From Octopus vulgaris (taxonomy: Eukaryota), in the NCBI GenBank assembly GCA_951406725.2, contig OX597832.1:16430001-16494000 (forward strand): 64,000 nucleotides of DNA. The letters are read 5' to 3'. Below, one piece after another: positions 13,206 through 25,951 of this stretch (its first letter is position 1; each line of letters starts with the position of its first letter). The translations under genes and the position numbers were made by a program. Under the pieces are notes generated by a model. It was not told where the DNA came from and ran no database searches. It worked only from the letters and a program-made list of their open reading frames with translations.

Positions 13206-14214
13206 TACAGACATACATACAGGCGTACGTGCGTACATACACATGCCTGTGTGATATTGTGCGTGTACCTGCTTGCGAGTGTGTGTCTGTCTATGTGTTA
13301 CTGTATATTCAGAATTGAGATTTATTTTAATTAAACTCTAATACGGTATAATCGAATGCATCTACATATATATAAAATCCATCTCTCTCAATGAAAGTCT
13401 TGCATGTGAATTGTGTGTAGCTCTAATATGTATATCAAATCTACTTTATGACCATAATTAACTATCTGATTTTCTCTCTGCTTCTACTTAGAAGAAAAGG
13501 AAAACTAATATAGGTAAGCAAAGTTTACATGGCATCTGTCAATATCTCACATCATTTGACAAAGCAATTAGCAGAAACATATGTTGAACTAAGATTTTCT
13601 GTTTGTTGTTATAGCATAATTTGACGACACTTTGAGGTACTAACCCTTTATAAACACCCGCTCTAAAAAATATATAAAAACAATGGACTTCTTTTCTTCA
13701 ATCCTTTAATATTATCGTGACTTATGTGCCGTTATTTTAATATCATGTTTTGGAGTTGCAATGTCGGCTGGCGTATATTTTACAACAAATAAAGGCCTTT
13801 CAATCTAAACATTTGCTATGCCTATTACGTATTATATAGAAATAGTTACGCATTTACTAGTCTTCTTTTTTCTATTTTATTGTAACCTAATGTAGATTTT
13901 TTTAATCAAACATTGAAAATTGAAAGATCTTAATCTTATTTACCGAATGTTGTATCTGAGATTTGGTAATATTTTCTCAAGATTTCTAGGTTAGATAACT
14001 CGGAAAAATTTCCTTAATTATAACACAACGTAAGAACTTTTTTTAAATGTTTTTTTGTAATTTCTTTATTTTTTATCAATCCATTTTTCTGCTGATTCCA
14101 AAAATAAAATTATTTTTTTAATGTATCATTAACAGTTCAAAAAATATGGCGACTTTCAATGTTATTATATATTTGGTATTGTTATAATGTATGTCTAATT
14201 TTCTCTTTCAGACA

Positions 14215-15860
14215 AATTGCTAAGTTCTGCTGCTTTCATTGTGTCTACTGGAGTATGTAAACATTCTCCAGATACATTTTGCTACGCGTGTGGTTATTAT
14301 ATTGGAAACAAGGTATTACATAAGATCGCGAAAGGTGCCAAATTCTGGATAGCGTACAGACTCTATTTCCGAATGCCCATGTGTCACCAGGGCAAACTAT
14401 GAACCCCACGTGTCATGTGGAAGCTGTCCATCTACTCTAGAAGGATTGTTAAGAGGTACAGGAAGGTCTATGCCTTTTGCCATTCCAAGGGTATGGATAG
14501 ACATCGAACCATCACGATGACTGTTACTTTTGTATGCTCGATGTGACAAAGTACAGAAAAGTGAAAGGAAGACAAGCTCTTCAGTATCCAGACATACCGT
14601 CATCTAGAGCACCTGTCCCAGATGATGACAGCATACGAGTACCACTACCACCAGAAAATATTTCATGTGAAGAGTCAACAAGTAGCTTCAGGCAAGAAAT
14701 GGAGGAAGCTTTCGTACCAAGAATGACATGGGAGTCTCACTTTCCAAATCAGAGTGAGCTAGATGATTTAATCAGGGTTCTGGGTCTTACTAACTCAGGA
14801 GCTGAACTTCTTTCATCAAGGTTGAAGGAATGGAATCTACTGGAGGAAGACTGCAAGACATCTGTGTACCGGAAACTCCATGAAGATTTGAAATTTACTA
14901 TGAACATATTAATGTTCTGTGTTATTGTTAAGACATGATTGGTTTGCTTACAGCTACTAGACGCAAGCATGATTCTGCAGAATGGTGACTGTTTATAGAT
15001 AGCTGAACACGAAGTCGCAAAGCAGTGTTGCTCCATAATGATAATATATATCATTCTTTGCCTCTTGCACACTCTTTACAGAAGAAAGAAAATTACGATA
15101 ATATCAAAGAACCTCTCTAGAAAATAAATTACGATGAGTTCAAGTGAGATGTTTGAGGTGATTTCAAGATGCTTGGCTCGGAAAAGGGATACACAAAGTA
15201 TTCACGTTTCCTTTGCTTATGGGACAGCAGAGCTGATTATGACAAATACATGAGAGTACATTTTGCCCCAACGAGTGAAACAGCAGCCAGGAATGTTAAA
15301 TGTCCTCAAACAGCCTCTAATTGATTTCAACAAAGTCTTATTACCCCAAATTCATGTCAAACTCGGATTAGTAAAACAGTTTGTTAATGCCTTAGATTTT
15401 AGACGAGAAGCTTTTCAAGAAATTTGTCTTATATTTCCAAAGCTATCTGAGGCTAAGTTCAAGGGTGGCATATTTGTTGGGTCCCAAGTAAATACAATGT
15501 CAAATCGAAGAAACTGGATAGAGCGATGACTAAAATTGAAAAAGAAGCTTCGTGTGCATTTCGTGATGTAGTTCGTGGATTCCTAGGAAATCAAAAGGAT
15601 CCTAATTGCGAACAGCTGGTAGCAAAACTTATTGAAAACTTCAAGAAAATGGGTGGTCGTATGTTATTAAAGGTTCATTTTTTGCACTCTCACCTTAAAA
15701 CTTGAGTGACGTTAGTGAGAGGTATGGTGAGATATTTCATCAGGACATCGCAACTATGGAAAGAAGATAGCACGGACAATGGAATACTGCCATGATGGGA
15801 GATTATATATGGTCTATAGACAGACGTGATGATGGGATGCACTCCAGAAAATCTTGATCG
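14215..15860 (+). pseudogene. DNA transposon transposase pseudogene, Chapaev3/CMC-like
   Basis: CKHSPDTFCYACG, MPFAIPRVW, HHDDCYF, NQSELDDLIRVLGL..AELLSSRLKEWNLL, GYTKYSRFLCLWDSRA, LLPQIHVKLGLVKQFVNAL, KVHFLHSHL and GEIFHQDIATME motifs, with many frameshifts and stops. Superfamily assignment is from memory of the family. Confidence 0.8.
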
Positions 15861-17199
15861 TCAAAGCAATTATCATATTAAGAAAAGTGTTATCAAAGCA
15901 TTTACAGTGCAGAGTTTTATTTTTTATTTTTGTTCTAACTAATATTATACTTCCTAAATACCTTTCAATATATGAAAAAGTACTAAATACTGGCTCTTGT
16001 TCGTTTCTGCATACAGGATGTGATCAGTTATAATCAAATACTTTGAATTTCAGTAGGCACAACTGAAATTCGGAGGGAGGTCCCTGTTTTTGTGCTGAAA
16101 ACTTGTAAGGCCATAAATATATATCTATGTAATTATATCGAACAAACATCCGATCAAATTTTTACATCCCACAATACGAAAATCTAACCTTTAATCTTGT
16201 AATATATAAGTATGTAAGTTTACATACATCTTTCCATAATTTGTCGCAGTGTGGTAGAATAGTCAAATATATTATGAATAAATGTAGTCGACACAAGGAT
16301 TGTGTGAAATTTGTTAGATAAAGATTAATCAAGGAGGAGATCTGTCAGAAATTACATATTTCTGAATCCTACATCTATTTTCTCTTTCGATAATTGCATG
16401 AAATTAAGGCCACTATTACAAAAATGTTGGTATTCGGCGTCTAATATTAGGCGTTTTGACAATTATAATCGCAGCCTACATTGCAGTAATTTCTTTTTGT
16501 AATCATCATTTCTCTCTGCAGCACGTTAGGGAAAATTCTTACACGCTGGATTCATTCTCCAAAAAAATTATAATGTAAAATTATTGACAAAATGTGTGGA
16601 AGTATTTTGCGGGTTTTGTTTTTGTTTTTAAGTGGTTGATTGTTCTCCGTAAGCACCTCCACCAGGTTATATATTTGTCTCTGATTAAGAGTAAGGAACA
16701 TAATACCCACTTTCAACGAAGTTCTTTGAAATCTGTTATTCGACATAATATAGCGTGCTTTTCTTATAATGTGTTAAAAACAGCACCACTAGCTTTTATT
16801 CGATACAAAGATGTAATTACAGAATGACACATTACTGATGGTTTATCTCCTGATATTATCTGTCTGTGGAATTGGCTTACAATAATTGAATTCTGTACAA
16901 TTCTTGAATCGCGATATCCAAGTTATCTATTACCTATATTATTACCTATAATATATATTCCCTTCGGTTTCCCTATATCGTATGCGTTGCTAATTGAAAT
17001 GTATCTCAGGCTGATATGTACATAGATACACTGACAGGTAAAATTATACGTATATATATCTGTGTGTATATAGACTTGCACGCATAGGTATAAGTTCACA
17101 CGAAATGGACTCAGCTGAAAAGAATACAATGAAGCCTAACTGGACACAACATAAAAGCATATAATGGTGCATTCGCCACCAAAAGCTCGGCAAATATTT

Positions 17200-18405
17200 C
17201 TATGATTTTTATGTTTTGGGGTATCAGGCAAAACTTCGTACTTTCTACGATACGTTCATGGAATGTGAGCAAATGGGTTTTGTTTTTCAACATAGATCCT
17301 TTGCAGTTGACTCACGTCTTCCATTGGTATTGCGATACTTGAATCTCATTCGTGAAGAAGCTTTCAAACTGTTGGTGAAAAGATTCATCAACAGCAGGTA
17401 TGTCGTCATAATTATTGCGATACTGCTGATTTTCATATTGGGAAAATGATGATACTCAGATTGACTCAAATCAACTATAACATAAGGAAGACGAATAAAC
17501 ACTTCAAAGCGTCAGTCACGCGTAGCTGCCATTGAAAGCAAGGACTTTTGTGCTGGAGCACTGACGTGATTTAACAAGTTACATTTCGTCAGTCTTCCTT
17601 GGCGTTTGCTCACGGCAACCTTTCGTAACTGCCTAGTATGTTGGCACATTTCAACACAACCTATAAACATAATGCCGAAAAGCCTGAGGCATCACCTTCC
17701 ATGTATATAAAACAACACCCTCCTTCTTTTGAGCAGGTGAGGTTGAGTGTTTCCAGTACATGGATTGTCTCTTTCGCGATAGCTCATAGTGAAGAAACCA
17801 TCCCTCATTCTGGGTTACGAAACGTTCAAGAAACCTACTGAATCTGCTTGAAACAATATAAAGTTTTTCCAAGGTATGACCAATCTGGTGCGCTATCGAG
17901 CAATTGTCAGAAGATAAGAAATTCATCGGGCAGAAGCCATCGACATTCCAAGATCATTGTGGAAAATTCTCACCACTCTCTCGCATGATATGGAAATGAT
18001 GTTGACTATTTGATTTACTGTAACTCACCCGTCATCAATATATTGAATAAGGTCAAAAATTTACCTCTATGGCGACAGTTACAGGACGTCCAGACTATGT
18101 ACCAGTTTGAAGTCTTTCCCTCCTTTCTTAATTTCAGCTGTCCACTTTTGTACTCATCATAAATCTGGAGTATCATTTTATATATTAGGAGACATCTCAA
18201 CATGTACGCCCTTAGAGGCAAAACCGTTTTTCTACAGGTACTTGATAATACTACGATGCAATACATTTTACATCTTCATGAGAAGTCTCTAGTATTTACA
18301 TCTGAATTCTTCTTTGAAAATCAGATGCTGCAATGTGTTTATTAATAAGGGTTAATCCTTGCAAGATTTCACAGCTTTCCTACGTATTTTTTGCCAACCC
18401 TCGTA
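17200..18405 (-). mobile_element. Old, heavily decayed mariner element
   Basis: Minus frames give IIKYL*KNG, VQKWTAEIKKG, FLERFVTQNEGWFLHYE..RKRQSMYWKHSTSPAQKK, APAQKSLLSMAA and SEYHHFPNMK. The end has a TIR-like ccctcg followed by TA at ~18398-18405. Confidence 0.8.
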
Positions 18406-18600
18406 AATTTTACTCCTTAACTGTATGTCATTCTACTGTGGGCATGGGCTAAAACAATTTTATTAGTTCAGTTCCAGTGTGTCGCACCTTCGGTGAGTGT
18501 CTAGACTCTTGAGTAGATTTGGTAGACGGAAACTGAAAGAAGCCCATTGTATATACGAAATATTGTGTGTGCGTGTGCGTCCGTGTGTTTGTATGTGTGT

Positions 18601-18880
18601 GAAGGCTTGGGGCTTAGTGGTTGTGGTATTCGGCTCATGATCGTAAGGTCGTGAGTTCAATTCCCGTTGTCGCGTTTTCTTCTTCACCAAGACACATTGT
18701 TTCCGTTGCCCCAGTCCACTCAGCAGGCAAATATGGGTGGTACCTATGTCACGCTGAGAACTACGTTAAGGGTACACGTGTCTATGGAGTGCTCAGCCAA
18801 TTACACGTTAATTTCATGAGCAAGCTGCTCAGTTGATCGTATCAGCTGGGACCCTCGTCGTCGTAAGACACGGAGTGCTC
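18601..18880 (+). mobile_element. tRNA-derived SINE (family C-related) nested inside a family A SINE (18480-19190)
   Basis: Head gcttagtggtt..ttcggctcatgatcgtaaggtcgtgagttcaattccc; 3' part gagaactacgttaagggtacacgtg is shared with 58704-59070. Family A blocks lie on both sides (gatttggtagacggaaactgaaagaagccc and cttgacaacc...gatagaataagtact). Confidence 0.8.
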
Positions 18881-19934
18881 CTGTAAGTGTGTGTATGCAT
18901 GCGTGTGTGTGTATACATATACATACATACACGCCCACATGTAATATGAATATATGTATGTATGTGTGTGTCTTTGTGTCTGTGTTTGCTGCACCCCAGC
19001 ACATCTTGACAACCAGGGTTGTCTTTACGTCCCCGTACCTTATCGGTTCGCCGAAAGAAACTGATAGAATAAGTACTAGGCTTAAGAAATAAGTCCTAGT
19101 TTGATTTGTTCGACGCTCGACTAAAACTCTTCAGGCGGTGTTCCACAATGGCCACCGTGAAATAACTGAAATAATACAAGAATACAAGAATATATGTAGC
19201 TGCTATGGAAATCTAACATCGGCCTTCCTCTCTTTCCCTCTCTGTGTTTGCATGTGCTTGTGCTCTTATGTGTGTGAGTATATGGATATAAAATATTAAA
19301 TATATCACTTTGGTAACTTTTAGATCCTTACTTTTAAGTACGTTATGAAGAATAAATCGATCTTATTAATTCGGTTCAAAATCCCCTTAATCTTTCATAT
19401 GATTATTATTTAGAGTCAGCTCTAATCTTATTTTGAAAATGGGTATCGATTGTGAATTGTTTTTTGGATATTTCTCTCTTAAAACTGATTTGATAGGAGA
19501 TACTTACCTCTCATTATTATTTTGTTTTGGATACTTCGCTTTATCTTTAAATGTCCTCTTCCTACTTAAAAATTGTATATTATGATTGCAGACATTTTTT
19601 TTTTCATTCACGCTGGTGAATGATTTCCGAAAAGATGAAGAGAATGCAGTATCAATGAAGTCGTACAGTTTTGTCCTAGTCATGAGAGCTATTATATTAC
19701 AATACTAAGTGCAAAGCGAATATAAGTTGAAATACCGCTGACGGAGAGTAGATTTTTCGCTTACATAAGCTAATAATGATGAATTGAAATTTATTAAGAC
19801 GTTTATAAATGTACTTATTGAAAGCAAATTAGCTAATGTTTCAGAGTCATATGTTGATGACAAGGGTAGGAGATTTGGAAACCGAAAGATGTTTAGCAAG
19901 TAATATTTTGATACAAAAACATTTCAGAATCGTT

Positions 19935-20112
19935 AGCAAGACTAAAATATGGCTTAGCGGCATTCCATCTCTCTTTGCGTTCTGAATTCAAATTCTGTCG
20001 CATTGATCTCTGTTCGGGGTCAATAAAACAAGTGGCAGTCGAGCACAGGGGTTGATGAACCCGAAATGTTCATCTACAGAAATTGCTGACTTTCTGCCAA
20101 AATTTGAGCCGA
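19935..20112 (+). mobile_element. Degenerate family B SINE
   Basis: gcgttctgaattcaaattctgtcg and ttcggggtcaataaaacaagt blocks. Confidence 0.6.
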
Positions 20113-20170
20113 CACACACGGTAAATATATACACACCCCTACACACCCATACACATACACACATACATAC

Positions 20171-20277
<107 letters not shown>

Positions 20278-20603
20278 TATGTAAAACGATACGTAGATAT
20301 ATACGTACACGAATATCCATCCAGCGACAAAAATCATTTCTTCTCGAGATCCCACTGTCATTTTGCATACGTCGCTGGAAGTGTTTTATTGCTTTATTTA
20401 TAAACCACTGAAAACATACCTTATTTATTATTCCTTTTATCTGCAAAATACTTGTTCAATAAATATACATCATTTATGACTTGGAGTAGAAGCTGGTCTT
20501 TGATTTTGTTTCATATATATATATATATTATTTATCTTTATTAATTTTGTGTCCTTGTCTCGCCTTGCTTCTGTTGATACACATCGCATTTCATTGATAC
20601 TTA

Positions 20604-20664
<61 letters not shown>

Positions 20665-20730
20665 CATTTATTATATATATACATATACACATATATATAC
20701 ATATATATACAACATAATATATATACATTC

Positions 20731-20854
<124 letters not shown>

Positions 20855-21251
20855 GTGGTGTCTGTCTGTGAGTAGGTATTATATATTATTAGTTAGTTAA
20901 GTGTATATTCTATCGCAATTCAGAGTTTACCTCTTGAAACTTTGAAAGTCAATTCATTTGTTATCAATAGATTTATCATACTCAGCGATATATAATTATT
21001 TTTCGTGCCGATATCTTCGTACTTATCATCAATATTTCATCAATTATTGACACAAAAATTGGTGATAGCTTTATCAACTGTCTGACACATTTTAGATTTA
21101 TGTCTTATATTTTCATTAATGATGATAAACGTAATCAGCTCAGTCGATTATTGAACTCGAATCTAACAGCATGGAACAAAAACAATGTAAAATCTGTACA
21201 TATGCACAAGATAGATGTCGCTACTACTACTCTAACATTTAAACATACATA

Positions 21252-21342
<91 letters not shown>

Positions 21343-21346
<4 letters not shown>

Positions 21347-22025
21347 CGGAGATGTACTTCCATAGCAAGTGACCTGATCTGATATCGTGTGCTGAAACAA
21401 AAACAATTACAGCGTGCAAGTTGTTTATAAACCATTTCAAAACACAAAAAACATTAGATTCATGATTATTTTTGTCGCTTTAAAACAGTGACCTGCTCGA
21501 CTAAATTTCGTGCTGCATCTGAAAAAGTAACAGTTCAGGATATATATATGTACTATGTATGAACTTATGTATGTATTCAAACTTAGGCACAGTAACGGCC
21601 ATGCACACAAATTGAACAGACACACATATCAGTAAATAAACATATGTTCATATGCACACACACGCACACCTCTCTTCACTCTTACATACGTAAATACTCA
21701 CATACATACGTAAGTACATACGTACGTATATACATACATGCGTATAGGCATGCACGCATATATACGCATGCACACATATGTATTCACACATACTTACATA
21801 CACGCATACATACATAAATACATCCCTACATACACACATACACAGGTACGTATATATCTTGACCTAACTGTTAATTTCTCAGATGCAGCACGGAATTTTG
21901 TCAGTAAACATGCTGCGGACTCAAAGCGACGAAAATATTTTGGCAAATTAACTTAAAAGTTCACGTGAACCTAACGTTATATGTGTGTTTTTCAATGGCC
22001 AACAAACACCTTCCACGCCGCAATT
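21343..22025. mobile_element. Dispersed repeat present as a diverged inverted pair; same family at 55485-55720
   Basis: 21405-21520 is inverted relative to 21878-22025. The block attacggagatgtact..catagcaagtga..tgatctga is shared with 55485. Confidence 0.75.
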
Positions 22026-22059
22026 ATATACATAGCTACATACATGCACACACACATAT

Positions 22060-22114
<55 letters not shown>

Positions 22115-22246
22115 CGGGTGTTTGGATTTGTATGTGTCTGTGTGTGTGTGTATCATTCAACCAGGTATTTTATAAGGTAAATTACTAAATTATTAATTAC
22201 CATTTTATTAATTATCTTATAAGAGCAATGCCTGGAAAAGTCATGG

Positions 22247-22746
22247 ATTACATGGAAAAATGCGAGCAGGAAAATATTCTTAAGATTATAAAACTAGAAA
22301 AGTACAGGACAAGTTATACCTGTAAAAGTATAGGACAGACTATTATTTCAAGTAAAGTAAAATAAATGTTTACTTAAAATATTGCAGATAAAATTAAAAT
22401 TTGAATATTAAAAATATTTTATTATAGTTGACAAATAACACTATACATATACAAGTAGAATTTGGCTAATTTACTACCTTAAATACACAAAAAAATGACT
22501 AATTAGGCAAACTTAAGAATTAGCTAAACAGTTATGTACCATAAATTTAAAAGGTGAGAACTGTAAAACGTGATAAATTAGAAGTGGCATTCTTTGGTGC
22601 AATATTTTCAGTAAAAGTTTCTTATTTACTTTACTTGAAGTAGTAGTTTGTCTTATCCTTTTGCAGGCGTAATAACTTGTCCTGTACTCTTCCAGCTTCA
22701 AAATCTTCAGAATATTACTTTTCATGCATGCATTTTCCAATGTAAT
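22247..22746. repeat. Diverged inverted repeat, ~145-bp arms
   Basis: attacatggaaaaatgc...gtacaggacaagttat...caagtaaagtaaa...aatattgca is mirrored at 22595-22746. Confidence 0.85.
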
Positions 22747-22753
22747 ATATATA

Positions 22754-22993
22754 TGGAGGCGCAATGGCCCAGTGGTTAGGGCAGCGGACTCGCGGTCGCA
22801 GGATCGCGGTTTCGATTCCCAGACCGGGCGTTGTGTGTGTTTATTGAGCGAAAACACCTAAAAGCTCCACGAGGCTCCGGCAGGGGATGGTGGTGATCCC
22901 TGCTGTACTCTTTCACCACTCTAAAGGCGGTGCTCCAGCATGGCCGCAGTCAAATGACTTAAACAAGTACAAAAAAAAAAAAAAAAAAAAAAA
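22754..22993 (+). mobile_element. Chimeric SINE: family C tRNA-like head joined to family A 3' end, with poly(A)
   Basis: Head tggcccagtggttagggcagcggactcgcggtc..gtttcgattccc runs to ~22920, followed directly by ctaaaggcggtgctccagcatggccgcagtcaaatgact and an A-tail. Confidence 0.85.
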
Positions 22994-23089
22994 TATATAT
23001 ATACATGTGTGTGTGTGTGTGTGTGTATGTGTGTATGTGTGTGTGTGTATACATATATACATACATACATAAATATAGAAATATATGTA

Positions 23090-24379
23090 CGAGGGGCGTT
23101 CAATAAGTAATGCCCCTGACCCACTTCCCCAAGCGGTAGAGCAACGACACTTTGCACAGTTATTAGTCTTTCTCCACATAGGAACCACCCAGAGTTACGC
23201 ATTTTTTCCATCGTTTCATGCTGCTCTGGAGACCGTTTTTGTAGAAGACCCCAGTTTGGTCCTCCAACCACGACGTGACTTCAGAAATCAAGGCTGCATC
23301 ATTTGGGAAACGCTGTCCTTTCAAAATCCACTTCATGGCTGGGAAGAGGTGAAAATCAGAGGGTGCAACGTCAGGAGAGTAGGAGCGGGGGAGGAGTTCA
23401 TAGCCGCATGTCTGTGCTTCTGATCTGGCAACAAGCTAGTTGTGGACCGGAGCGTTGTCCTGCAGGAGGAGGATGTCTTTGCTGATCTTGCCCCGCCTCT
23501 TGATTTTGATAGTTTCTCTTAATTTCCTCAAAAGTGAAGCATAATAGGCTCCTGTAATCGTGGTACTCTTTGCCAGGAAATCTGTCATCACTACTCCGTC
23601 CTGGTCCCAGAAGACTGTGAGCATGACCTTGCCAGCGAAGGGTTGCACTTTTGCCTTCTTTGGAGGAGGTGAGTCACGGTTCTTTCACTGCATTGACTGG
23701 GCTTTGGTCTCTGCATCATAGTGATGGACCCAGGCTTCATCCTGTGTAATCAGTCTTTTGAAAAATTTTGACTCATCTTCTTAGCACATCTCCAAATTCA
23801 TCCTCGAGCATTGGACGCGTTCTTGCTTCTGGAAAGGTGTGAGCAACCTGGGAATCCATCTGGCAGACACCTTTTGCATATGCAAATGGTCATGAATGAT
23901 AGTTTCCACAGACCCGGTACTAATCTTGACCTCGTGGGCTACTTGGCGAATAGTTATTCGTCGATCTTCCAAAATGGCAGCCTCAACTTGACGGACAGAT
24001 GCCTCATCAATTGCAGAAGCGGGGCGACCAGATCTGAGAGCTGTTTCCACCGAGTTCGGACCATGTTTGAATTCACGATGCCAGCATTTTACAAGGTCAT
24101 ATGATGGGGAATCATTACCACGAGTTACTTTCATTTCATCAAAAGTCTTCCGTGGTGTGCGTCCTTTCAAATACAAAAACCAGATCACTACTCGACACTC
24201 AACATGCTCCATTTCACACTTGACTCAGTTCAAACACCTGTAAATCAGACACCCCATTTAGTTCAGGGCTGTAATTTGCCACCTACTCTATAGAGATATA
24301 AATAATTGCACACGCAAAATTTCAGATAGATCAAGCAAATGCAAGTGGGTCAGAGGCATTACTTATTGGACGCCCCTCG
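23090..24379 (-). mobile_element. Full-length mariner (Tc1/mariner, DD34D-type) with TIRs and TA target duplication
   Basis: TA|cgaggggcgttcaataagtaatgcccctgacccactt ... aagtgggtcagaggcattacttattggacgcccctcg|TA, about 1290 bp. Confidence 0.97.
23163..24212 (-). pseudogene. Mariner transposase with premature stop and frameshift(s)
   Basis: HTH N-terminus, KVSARWIPRLLT, stop at 23781, ITQDEAWVHHYD, GKVMLTVFWD, LLQDNAPVH, SPDVAPSDFHLF and C-terminal GGSYVEKD*. Confidence 0.92.
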
Positions 24380-24459
24380 TACATATATATATATATGTAT
24401 ACATATATATGATATAGTGTCTGTGTATGTATAAATGCATATACGAAAATACACACACA

Positions 24460-24509
<50 letters not shown>

Positions 24510-24699
24510 GAATTATCTACATGATGCATGCATATTTGTGTGTAAGTGCTAAAACCTGGGCTTCTATAAGTATACTGTTAACAATGTTTCATTGATATTG
24601 TGACCAACATTTTGTTAGAATTCAAAGATATATTACGATTTTATCTTCAATCCAGACCTGTCCTGGTTGTGACGTGTACTTGTTAGGAAACTCAAATCG

Positions 24700-25000
24700 T
24701 ATAGTTATAACTCTGTTTTCTTTATCTGTTTTTTTTTTTTGTGCATTTTTCTTCAATAGCAGCTCATTCGTTGTTTATTTCTTCCCCACGGAATATCATA
24801 CAGTAAAAGTTTTTCCAAATTGTCCGTAATATCTTCAGGATATTTTTATCAATTCGTTGTGTCTGGTTTTCATACATATACTATTTAACATTTATTCTGT
24901 CACACTCTCAATCGTGTTTGTTCTCCCATTTCTACTACACTCGTGTAACAATTTTTGTTCACATTGAACGAGGATTTTATTTCATTATTCCTATTCATTA
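24700..25000 (-). mobile_element. Possible highly decayed Penelope-like RT fragment
   Basis: Weak resemblance only (EMG.. region followed by KYPEDITDNLEK). Confidence 0.25.
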
Positions 25001-25910
25001 AAATGTTATATCTGAAATGATATTGCATAAATTTCCAACTGTTTATTTAGTTTAACAACAATGTCACTATGGAAGAGAATAGTCCTGTAAAGAAGCTCAT
25101 TATACAAATATCTCAGATCCCTGCTATATGTAAGATATTAAGAAATAAACTAATCCCTGAATAGCACTAAATTTACATTGTGCGTTATAATGATATATAT
25201 AATATTTCGTAGCAATTACTTAGTGCATTGTAATATTCCCTGTAGTCTGAAGTGTATTACATTGGTAGGAGTCTCAGAAAATAATTTAAAGCTAAATTCT
25301 TCCAGCGTTCCTGCGGTCATAGCAATCAGGATCATCTTCGCCATCATCTTTTCGCAGTTGATAACACAACTGTCATTCAAATGACAGAGACGATAATGTT
25401 AAGAATCCCTCCTCCATATTACTGCTGTGTTTGTGTCTGAATTAGATTTCATATTATATTTATATTAGCTTTAGCGATGTGTGTTTCTTTCATCTAAATT
25501 AAATGATGATATGATGATAGTCACACAATAATTTATTCATAGTTAAAACAATATGATAATGAACAAATGTGAAGGTGTCATTTGAAAGTAAAATTATATC
25601 AGTTTTATTCGTGCCATCTCCATTTGTCTGGAATAAAATATCGAACTTCTGTTGCAAACTTCGAACTCCAGATCGAATAATGTCCCAATACGGCTTTTCA
25701 TTAGCTGGTCGCGCAACGAACTCGCTACGCAACGATGAGAAGTTTTGCAGAGTAATTTTGAAAATATTAAAGCAATTGACAGCAGACAATGTAGCTAATA
25801 TAGCAATATACAAAGCTTCAATTATATACTGAACACATTAACACTATACATAAGTAAACATATCAAAGTGTATGCATGTGTGTTTGAGCATGTGCGTGTG
25901 AGTATAAGTA

Positions 25911-25951
<41 letters not shown>

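Noticed and set aside
13360-13861. Possible Helitron (atctacatatatataaaa ... ctagt)
   Set aside because: No subterminal GC hairpin, and such ends arise easily by chance in AT-rich DNA.
22755-22830. tRNA gene
   Set aside because: A/B-box-like head without a proper acceptor stem, continuing into a SINE body that is also present at 58704.
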